Shown: positions 44,666-51,402 of the stretch, one piece after another | How the letters are laid out: each line of letters starts with the position of its first letter | How positions within the stretch are numbered: the stretch's first letter is position 1 | From: a virus | Taxonomy: Duplodnaviria; Caudoviricetes | Virus record (IMG/VR): IMGVR_UViG_3300012096_000008 | Coordinates: 1-51,402 of that record | Length of the DNA stretch: 51,402 nt | Direction: 5' to 3' (one strand) | Notes under the pieces: model-generated | Seen by the model: the letters and a program-made list of their open reading frames with translations, nothing else | Told to the model about the DNA's origin: nothing | Database searches by the model: none | Translations under genes and position numbers: made by a program

Positions 44666-44693
44666 TTGACTTAATCAAATATAAGTTTATAAT
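44666..44693 (+). promoter_or_regulatory. sigma70-like early promoter
   Basis: TTGACT, 16 nt spacer, TATAAT, just after the terminator. Confidence 0.7.
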
Positions 44694-44739
44694 GATAATA
44701 GGGCGAGGGGATTTAGCAGCAGACGAAAGGGGAAGTGTT

Positions 44740-44907
44740 ATGTCCAAGTATTCACTGATCTTCGCACCAACTCCCAACTATATCATCACACGTCCGAAGG
44801 GTAATATCCCTTGGTGTAAACCTGCGGTAGATGTATTCCGCATTGACGAAGAGGATAAGATTACCATACACAATCCATGTACGCCGTGGATCAAACCATA
44901 CGGTTAG
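44740..44907 (+). CDS. hypothetical protein
   Basis: AAGGGG RBS before ATG 44740 within track ORF 44692..44907. Confidence 0.55.
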   Translation: MSKYSLIFAPTPNYIITRPKGNIPWCKPAVDVFRIDEEDKITIHNPCTPWIKPYG

Positions 44908-44993
44908 TTAGGTTACGTCAACCCAAATGACGGAAACACCTGGACATGTGGATAAACTGTCCATTACTTTTGTCTAAATGAGGGAGAGATACC

Positions 44994-45380
44994 ATGTACT
45001 ATTGTAGAGGCGAGGCATCGGGTTTCTATAATCACTGTTCACAACATAAGTACCCAGCTACTGAACAATGTCATTACTGTAAATGGTATGAAGCAGGTAA
45101 TGGGTTACCTCATTATCCTGTACCTGCAATCAAGCTAATCATTGAAGTATGTCCTGAGTGTGAGGATAGCCCATTCCACAATTCAGTTGTATTGTGGGAG
45201 TGTAGGGTTCAATGTTCATGTTGTGATGCGTACATCTGGACTATCGCCTGTATATGGGACTTCGATTTCAACCGAACTACAGACTTTAATTACGAATGCG
45301 GAGTTTATGTTAACTCCCGTCAAATAGAGGAAGGTATTGAACTATATCATCGTTACGGAAAGGCAGGAGGTCATGCCTAA
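44994..45380 (+). CDS. Cys-rich putative zinc-binding protein
   Basis: GGGAG RBS; CHYC, CPEC and CSCC motifs. Confidence 0.65.
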   Translation: MYYCRGEASGFYNHCSQHKYPATEQCHYCKWYEAGNGLPHYPVPAIKLIIEVCPECEDSPFHNSVVLWECRVQCSCCDAYIWTIACIWDFDFNRTTDFNYECGVYVNSRQIEEGIELYHRYGKAGGHA

Positions 45381-45543
45381 GTTCGGTATACTTATATCAC
45401 AAGATGACTACGGTTGGTGGAAGTACAGCCTAATTATCAATTGGAAGATAGCTATTACTTCCACACCATATGAGTCAGCTCCAACTGCATTTAGAGCTGC
45501 GTTAGCTGAAGCTAATATACGTGGACATTATAGAGGGGAATGA
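45373..45543 (+). CDS. hypothetical protein
   Basis: AGGAGG RBS before ATG 45373. Confidence 0.7.
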   Translation: MPKFGILISQDDYGWWKYSLIINWKIAITSTPYESAPTAFRAALAEANIRGHYRGE

Positions 45544-45544
45544 T

Positions 45545-45760
45545 ATGCAAGTCCAATTCGTGTTTCGTGAATACAACCATTTCGGTAGATGCACACTGGA
45601 ATGGGAAGGTATGACCGAGGATATGGCTACCTACTATGAAAAATACTTTCTGTTCATATCGAACAGAGATAGAGATACAGTACGATTGACTGCTGATACA
45701 GCACTAGAGAATGGTATTGAAATACACCGTTCCTATGTCACACTCAGGAGGGCTAGATGA
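45545..45760 (+). CDS. hypothetical protein
   Basis: GAGGGG RBS before ATG 45545, with ATGA coupling to the NYN gene. Confidence 0.65.
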   Translation: MQVQFVFREYNHFGRCTLEWEGMTEDMATYYEKYFLFISNRDRDTVRLTADTALENGIEIHRSYVTLRRAR

Positions 45761-46320
45761 AACGTATTGGTATCTTCATTGATGGTTCTAATCTATACAT
45801 GTCTGCTAAGGCATTAGGATTTAGGATCGACTTCACTAAATTAAAGCAATATTACCAGACTCAAGGTGATGTTGCTCAAGCTATGTACTTCACTGCTCTA
45901 CCTCCTAAAGATGTTGAATCTCCATTACGTAGGATGGTGGATTATGTTGAGTTCAATGGTTTCACTGTAATACAAAAAGAGACCAAGGAATATCTAGACG
46001 TAGACAATAAGAAAAGATTGAAAGGGAATATGGATGTGGAGATTGCTGTCTACATGGGAGAAGTTGCTAATAGCCTCACTGATATCATTCTGTTTAGCGG
46101 GGACGGTGACTTTCGCTGTCTTATTGAGTCATGTCAGCGTGCTGGCGTTCATTGTACTGTTGTGTCTGCTCGTAGTCTTGTGGCTGATGTTCTAAGACGT
46201 CAGGCTAATGAATATGTTGACTTGTCTACTCTTAAAGATAAGTTAATGCATGAGGAAGCCAAACAACAAGAAGTTGAAGAAAAGCGTAGTAAACGCTTTA
46301 ACTTCTTGGATAAAGGTTAA
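45757..46320 (+). CDS. NYN-domain (LabA/DUF88, PIN-like) ribonuclease
   Basis: IFIDGSNL, KGNMDVEIAV, LFSGDGDF and LRRQA...VDL. All acidic catalytic positions are present. Confidence 0.93.
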   Translation: MKRIGIFIDGSNLYMSAKALGFRIDFTKLKQYYQTQGDVAQAMYFTALPPKDVESPLRRMVDYVEFNGFTVIQKETKEYLDVDNKKRLKGNMDVEIAVYMGEVANSLTDIILFSGDGDFRCLIESCQRAGVHCTVVSARSLVADVLRRQANEYVDLSTLKDKLMHEEAKQQEVEEKRSKRFNFLDKG

Positions 46321-46344
46321 TCCTATCACACATGAAAGTCCGCC

Positions 46345-46821
46345 ATGTCCAATCGAACAATGAAGCAAAAGGCTAATAAGCTACGGCGACAGCGTAGAGC
46401 GTGGGCTAAGTCATATTCTAGACCCAGTGGTATTACCGTTAATCGTGGTGTGCTACAGGAATACAAAGAACGTGCTTGTGGATTAGGTATATCTGAGTTT
46501 GAGGTAGATGAGACAATCCGCATTCTATACAACCGTGAGCCCATTGCTGGTGTTACAGCAGGACGTACAGAAATTTTCGAGATGTTAAGGGAATTGAAGA
46601 AACGCGTACCGGAGTTAGCATACTTCAGTGTTGTAGATACACCTTACCATCGGGTATTGTGTTACTACAATTCAACTCATACTAGTTATACAATAACACA
46701 TACTGACATCAGAAAGCAGATACTACGTACTTCAATTGAGTACGGTAGTAAACAGCGTGCTCTATATGTCTGGCAACAAGATAAGGTTACTTGGATCAGT
46801 CAGGTTCCAGCCCCTCCCTGA
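46345..46821 (+). CDS. hypothetical protein with basic N-terminus
   Basis: 158-aa ORF in the early operon. Confidence 0.75.
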   Translation: MSNRTMKQKANKLRRQRRAWAKSYSRPSGITVNRGVLQEYKERACGLGISEFEVDETIRILYNREPIAGVTAGRTEIFEMLRELKKRVPELAYFSVVDTPYHRVLCYYNSTHTSYTITHTDIRKQILRTSIEYGSKQRALYVWQQDKVTWISQVPAPP

Positions 46822-46828
46822 CTGTTAG

Positions 46829-46898
46829 GATGCAGCCGCACTGCATCTGCATAGCCCACTGTGCATGGCTCCCCTCCGTGCACGGTGGGCATTTCTTT
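46829..46898 (+). terminator. twin hairpin, the second followed by a U-rich tract
   Basis: GATGCAG-ccgca-CTGCATC, then GCCCACTGTGCATGG-ctcccct-CCGTGCACGGTGGGC-ATTTCTTT. Confidence 0.6.
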
Positions 46899-46928
46899 GG
46901 CAATTTTGCCTAGCCAAGGAGATACTAA

Positions 46929-47132
46929 ATGAAGAGGTACATCGCATTCCATAATCAGCAGAACAGCGGTATCATTGATCAGGCCAAAGCTCAGGAATGG
47001 GCTTTGAATTACCTGACCAAGAATATGAACGTCACAAAGGTTCATATCGCCGAAGTCCTTCTGGTTGTTGAACGGGCTGCCCCTCCAATTGCTGTGAATG
47101 AATTCTTCTGTCAACTCGACGAATCTGCATAG
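46929..47132 (+). CDS. hypothetical protein
   Basis: AAGGAG RBS, 67 aa. Confidence 0.75.
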   Translation: MKRYIAFHNQQNSGIIDQAKAQEWALNYLTKNMNVTKVHIAEVLLVVERAAPPIAVNEFFCQLDESA

Positions 47133-47187
47133 TATTATGGCGTGGGCTACGGCCCACGTCGTTTGCTTATTGAAAGAGGAGAGAGAT

Positions 47188-47751
47188 GTGAATGGAACAT
47201 GGGAAAGTAATGCAGTGGATTGGATATATCTCTACCAACCTGAAATAACTCTACTCACCGGCTTAATCCTATTGTTGTGCGGTATGACAATGGGTGTGCG
47301 GTACCTATGGCGGTACTATTTCTCGCAGCAACTAAAGGATATGGGTTATTGGGTATACAAAACATTACTACGTAATCCGTGGCAATGGCTCAGCCGTCCA
47401 TTCCGAAGACTGCACCGTCGATGGTCCGAGAAGAATTTGAGGGCTAAGATGGCTAAGTTCGAGGAAAGGATAATAGCCGACAAGATTCTTGACGTTCTGT
47501 ATGATGAGGTGGAAGCAGGACGTATCTCCAAAGCTAGATTTCGTCGTATGCAAACAGAGATGGGAAACTTCTTTAACATCCCTGATCTGTGTCGTCGTAA
47601 GCTGCATCCCGAAGCCATCAAGAATATGCGCAAGAAGGAGAAGCTTGCAGGACCGAAAGGTAAGATACCTGGAGGTAAGCCGGGCGAAGATGTAATCCCT
47701 TTGTATGAGGCATTGGGTCATAAGTATCTGAAAAAGAAGGGGGCAGCATGA
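47188..47751 (+). CDS. membrane-anchored hypothetical protein (ends KKGAA)
   Basis: GAGGAG RBS before GTG 47188 (track start 47098), TM segment ITLLTGLILLLCGMTMGV. Confidence 0.7.
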   Translation: MNGTWESNAVDWIYLYQPEITLLTGLILLLCGMTMGVRYLWRYYFSQQLKDMGYWVYKTLLRNPWQWLSRPFRRLHRRWSEKNLRAKMAKFEERIIADKILDVLYDEVEAGRISKARFRRMQTEMGNFFNIPDLCRRKLHPEAIKNMRKKEKLAGPKGKIPGGKPGEDVIPLYEALGHKYLKKKGAA

Positions 47752-47903
47752 GGAAGCTAACCAAATCACAGAGGCGAAAGATGCGACGATTGCCTCGTGA
47801 GAAACGTCGTCGTGCTCGTACATCTAAGATGCGTCTCAGACGTATAGTTATGGGACTTCGTCGTATGAGAATTAGAATCAGCAGAGAGGAAGTGAAGTCA
47901 TGA
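47748..47903 (+). CDS. Arg-rich peptide (51 aa)
   Basis: MRKLTKSQRRKMRRLPREKRRRARTSKMRLRRIVMGLRRMRIRISREEVKS, with ATGA overlaps at both ends. Confidence 0.7.
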   Translation: MRKLTKSQRRKMRRLPREKRRRARTSKMRLRRIVMGLRRMRIRISREEVKS

Positions 47904-49444
47904 CATTAGCAACCAATCAACCACAAACCATCATCCGTAAGAAGGCCGGACATTTGATGGATAAGGAGTTCTTAGAGACAGCGCTTAGGCACTGTCCCAC
48001 AGTCTCAGGCTATGCTATCCGAGATGCCACCGATGGTAAGACTACGTTGGAGACAGATCAATACGATAGATCAGTCACCATAGAAAACTTGATGACGCTC
48101 AACGAGCAGGCCATGGAATACGATGCGGTACTCTACATGGCCAACATCACGCAGAGTGGGTTGACCAATCTCAAGGATGATATCCAACCATTCGTGCTAC
48201 AAATGAAGGATGCCGATGACCCGGATGGCGAAGGAATATCCATTGTTTCATTCTTTGTGGAAGGTGACTTTCCCAAGTATACTGACTCAAAGTCAGGTCA
48301 TACTGATGAATATAACTTCGCCCATGATGTCATCATACCATTACTCGAAGAGATTTTCGAAGATGTCGAAGGTGATATTGGTAAGTTCACTGCCAAGTTA
48401 CATAAACCTTCATTCGAAAAGACTCTCACCGCCTACGTTGGCCATAGGGCTGCGTTCGTCTTCCTCCCTCTTGAAGGCGATCCCATCGAATTCGGGACCA
48501 ATCCCTTGGGTACTACATTCGAATGGGGCACAGCTTCCCAGCAGCACGGTTTTGAGACTAGCGAGAACCAAGATCCTATCACAAAACCAAGCGTCACGAC
48601 ACCAGCTAAGAAGAAATTCGATCCATTTGGTAAGAACAAAGCAACAATCACCACGGACGATAAGGGAGTACATCATGTAGGTAATACAACATACAGTGGT
48701 GACAAGGCAGCCATAGATAAATTGAAAGACGGTGCTTCGCATCGAAATAAAACCAGTGTTAGTCCACCACCTAAGCTGGATGGTACAGCAAGGAATAGAT
48801 GGATTAGGTTATTCAATAATAACAAGCTTCCCGAAAATCACCTTGCCAAGAACCTGGCTCTATGGGTTGATCCTGATGTGGCTCCTTTTGCTCAGCGTCA
48901 GGTTACTACAATAATGGAAGTAAAGAATTTAGAAGATGAGATGCGAACCGGAAATAAAGCACCGCCTCTCAAAGATATGGGCGGCAGTATGAAACAGGCT
49001 CATCAAGAGATTGCTCTAGTCAATGCTGCTAAGTCTGCGGCTGATTATCTTCCTACTTTAACGGATGCAGAGATGACTGAAGCTACTGGTATCTTGGCTG
49101 GTTTTATTGATCGAGATAAAGTTCCAAGTGCTTTGGAAATCCAGAAGATGGAAGCACCTTGGGCTATGTTCTCCGAAAAGATGGGCATTCCATTTAGCGA
49201 TACTATGAGATGGCGGGTAGGGGATGAATTAAAGGCTGTCTTTAAAGGTAATAAGATAGCTGAGATGCTGTACATTGAATTACGTCGCAGGTATATTGAA
49301 TTACTAGGCACAGATAAACTAATAGAATTGGTCGGTAAGGATTTGGTCAAGAAGGAAACCGACAAACATGTGGAAGCTAAGGAAACTTTGAAGCCTTCTG
49401 GCACAAGCAAACGTAATCTCCTATTTGGTAAGAAATCAGCTTGA
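47900..49444 (+). CDS. degenerate class-II (Ntn) glutamine amidotransferase-like domain plus unknown C-terminal region
   Basis: N-terminal spacing II.K.AG...P..SGYA...QPF...EG...TD..F...I.PL resembles phage GATase-II proteins, but Cys1 and HNG are absent. Confidence 0.5.
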   Translation: MTLATNQPQTIIRKKAGHLMDKEFLETALRHCPTVSGYAIRDATDGKTTLETDQYDRSVTIENLMTLNEQAMEYDAVLYMANITQSGLTNLKDDIQPFVLQMKDADDPDGEGISIVSFFVEGDFPKYTDSKSGHTDEYNFAHDVIIPLLEEIFEDVEGDIGKFTAKLHKPSFEKTLTAYVGHRAAFVFLPLEGDPIEFGTNPLGTTFEWGTASQQHGFETSENQDPITKPSVTTPAKKKFDPFGKNKATITTDDKGVHHVGNTTYSGDKAAIDKLKDGASHRNKTSVSPPPKLDGTARNRWIRLFNNNKLPENHLAKNLALWVDPDVAPFAQRQVTTIMEVKNLEDEMRTGNKAPPLKDMGGSMKQAHQEIALVNAAKSAADYLPTLTDAEMTEATGILAGFIDRDKVPSALEIQKMEAPWAMFSEKMGIPFSDTMRWRVGDELKAVFKGNKIAEMLYIELRRRYIELLGTDKLIELVGKDLVKKETDKHVEAKETLKPSGTSKRNLLFGKKSA

Positions 49445-49514
49445 CACTGAGGTTTTCCTCCCACTCAGTGTTGAGGGGACGGTGGTGTTCAATCCCCCGA
49501 CATCACCGTCTCTT
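49442..49514 (+). promoter_or_regulatory. twin hairpin with C-rich loops
   Basis: GACACTGAG-gttttcctccca-CTCAGTGTT and GGGACGGTGGTG-ttcaatcccccga-CATCACCGTCTC. Confidence 0.55.
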
Positions 49515-49530
49515 CGAATAGGAGAGAACA

Positions 49531-50166
49531 ATGTTTTGGAAAACACCGTACAAGTTTGACTTATCTGAAACAAGATTTACCCCAGACATCGCAAGACTAG
49601 AATTATCGCAATTCCAATTGCTATTCGTCTGTGATGATCTGATGCGAGCCGGTAAGAATTATAATATAATAGCTGACAGCTCGGCCTCAGTAGCCAGAGG
49701 TTTCACTCTTCATGGTTATAACTTCTATAAGAAGAGAACTGATGGAATTCCTGTAGTAATGGCTGCTAAGCAAGCAGATAACAGATATAGTTTCTCTTGT
49801 TTGAAGATTAAGGGAGAAATTCACGCAGTTGAGTCAAAAGCCTTCATAAAGCTTGACACCCACTACCTGAATGGAGTACAATACCGTCGAATTAGGACTA
49901 AGATCCTGTATCCCACTCGCCAGCATGGCGTAGTCGTTAACCACGATAATGAAGGTAAGCTCTTACCTCCTGCCCTGCAAGGCAATAAACATTTCCTCCT
50001 CCCAGAACGGGTAGATATTATCTCGGCTTGGATGTACATTGGTGCGTCTAACTATTGGAATGATCTACTTGATGGGGGGTTTGCTTTTGAACCTGTACGT
50101 ATTGTAGAACCGAAAGAACAGAAGAATTGGTTAATCAAATATTACCACTGGCAAAACCAACCATAA
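49531..50166 (+). CDS. gamma-glutamylcyclotransferase (AIG2/GGACT)-like protein, degenerate
   Basis: LFV...L.R...N, I.GE...V, LD....G..Y.R and AW.Y pattern. AGGAG RBS. Confidence 0.7.
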   Translation: MFWKTPYKFDLSETRFTPDIARLELSQFQLLFVCDDLMRAGKNYNIIADSSASVARGFTLHGYNFYKKRTDGIPVVMAAKQADNRYSFSCLKIKGEIHAVESKAFIKLDTHYLNGVQYRRIRTKILYPTRQHGVVVNHDNEGKLLPPALQGNKHFLLPERVDIISAWMYIGASNYWNDLLDGGFAFEPVRIVEPKEQKNWLIKYYHWQNQP

Positions 50167-51402
50167 TTGAACGTCATATTGCTTGTGATGATTGCGGATC
50201 ATCCGATGCTAAATGTACTTACTCAGATGGTCACAGCTATTGTTTCAGTTGTTTAACTTATACTCCACCTTTAGATAAACAGGAATTTAGTTATGAATTT
50301 CTCGGAACAAGAGGAATTGCTAAAGAAGTTTTTCAATTCTTTGACACAAAGACAAAAATTGATGTTAATGGAAAGCCGACTTCTATTGGATTTCCCTACC
50401 CTAACGGTAGTTTTAAAATAAGAACTTTAGATAAGAAAGGTTTCTATTCTCAAGGTGATATAAGCAAAGCTGGTTTATTTGGTCGTAATAAGTTTGCGGC
50501 TAGTAGTCACAAGACCGTGACTATAACAGAGGGAGAGTTGGATGCTCTATCGCTTTATCAGGTTGTACGCAGTCCTGTCGTCTCTGTTCACAGCGCTGCT
50601 AGTGCTGGAACTGACGTTAGCCTGGACCGATCCTGGGTTAATTCGTTCGAAAGAATTCTACTCGCATTTGATGGTGATGAAGCAGGACGTGAAGCAGCAT
50701 CTAAAGTTGCAAAGCTGTTTGATTACAACAAAGTTTTCATGGTGTCGTTCCCAGGCGGAACGCGTAAAGACGCCAATGACTACCTTCGAAACGGTGAACG
50801 GGACGAACTAGCAACTCTGTGGTACAACGCCAAGAAGTTTCTTCCTGAAACTATCGTCTCTTCGTTTCATGAGTTCGATAAGATCATTAAGGAAAAGCCT
50901 AAGGCTGGTGTACTATATCCGTTCCCTACCTTGAACTATATGACCTACGGTATCCGCACCGGTGAGTCCGTGTTAATCACGGCTCAAGAAGGTGTCGGTA
51001 AAACGGAGATGATGCATGCAATCGAACATCAACTTCTTAAAGAAACATTGGATAATATTGGCGCTATCTTTCTTGAGGAACCGAAGCGACGACACCTTCA
51101 GGCTATTGCAGGTATTCATCTTGGACGTCCTGCGCACCTACCCGATAGTGGTGTCACAGATACGGAAATTTTCCAAGCCGTACAAGACGTGGTTAGGATG
51201 GACGAGCGCCTTCACATCTATTCTCATTTTGGATCAGATGATCCTGAGGTCATTCTTGATACCATTAGATTTTTGGTATCCGCACGTGGTTGCCGTTACA
51301 TTCTTCTCGACCACATCACTATGGTTGTTAGTGGTCTCGGAGGCAAAGACGAAAGAACTACTCTCGATTATCTTTCGACGCGACTCGAAATGATGGTCAA
51401 AG
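50127..51402 (+). CDS. T7 gp4-like primase/helicase, N-terminal part (missing from the ORF track because it runs off the end)
   Basis: Zinc finger H..C..CGSSDA...DGH.YCFSC, TOPRIM ITEGELDA and FDGDEAG, KDAND, Walker A GVGKT, LDHI. Start uncertain (TTG 50127 or CTG 50148). Confidence 0.95.
   Translation, partial: MVNQILPLAKPTIIERHIACDDCGSSDAKCTYSDGHSYCFSCLTYTPPLDKQEFSYEFLGTRGIAKEVFQFFDTKTKIDVNGKPTSIGFPYPNGSFKIRTLDKKGFYSQGDISKAGLFGRNKFAASSHKTVTITEGELDALSLYQVVRSPVVSVHSAASAGTDVSLDRSWVNSFERILLAFDGDEAGREAASKVAKLFDYNKVFMVSFPGGTRKDANDYLRNGERDELATLWYNAKKFLPETIVSSFHEFDKIIKEKPKAGVLYPFPTLNYMTYGIRTGESVLITAQEGVGKTEMMHAIEHQLLKETLDNIGAIFLEEPKRRHLQAIAGIHLGRPAHLPDSGVTDTEIFQAVQDVVRMDERLHIYSHFGSDDPEVILDTIRFLVSARGCRYILLDHITMVVSGLGGKDERTTLDYLSTRLEMMVK

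Noticed and set aside
50542-51393. Track ORFs 50542..50811 and 51016..51393
   Set aside because: Off-frame overlaps within the primase/helicase reading frame.
51346-51402. Direct terminal repeat with 1-57
   Set aside because: It lies mid-helicase and has 9 mismatches, which fits an assembly overlap of two alleles rather than a packaged terminal repeat.
1-51402. Stop-codon reassignment, integrase/lysogeny module or phage RNA polymerase
   Set aside because: All core genes are intact in the standard code and densely packed. No recombinase, repressor or single-subunit RNAP motifs were recognised in any ORF.

Overview
This window is an essentially complete, circularly permuted ~51.3 kb genome of a lytic podovirus. 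It has T7-like replication genes but no phage RNA polymerase, an organisation like SIO1/VpV262 (Zobellviridae-like). The window opens and closes inside the primase-helicase gene. The + arm (43.2 kb to the end, then 1-10.3 kb) carries early and replication genes: a NYN/LabA RNase, degenerate glutamine-amidotransferase and gamma-glutamylcyclotransferase homologues, primase-helicase, family-1 uracil-DNA glycosylase, PolA, SSB, exonuclease and endonuclease I. The - arm (42.3 kb to 10.4 kb) carries accessory and virion genes: terminase, portal, scaffold, capsid, two fibres/spikes, GH108 endolysin, adaptor, nozzle, ejection proteins and an LPD23/zincin protein. The arms converge on a bidirectional terminator at 10342-10380 and diverge from an AT-rich non-coding region at about 42.55-43.2 kb, the probable genome ends. 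Several protein features suggest an alphaproteobacterial (Hyphomicrobiales) host, which is inference. The most striking unexplained element is a ~1.5 kb gene-free, hairpin-dense region at 5214-6717. It contains several T-loop arms, tRNA fragments and a predicted pseudoknot, and is a candidate large ncRNA or tRNA-mimic array that may work with the phage NYN RNase and an Arg-rich peptide. All protein calls come from motif recognition by eye, and no searches were run.
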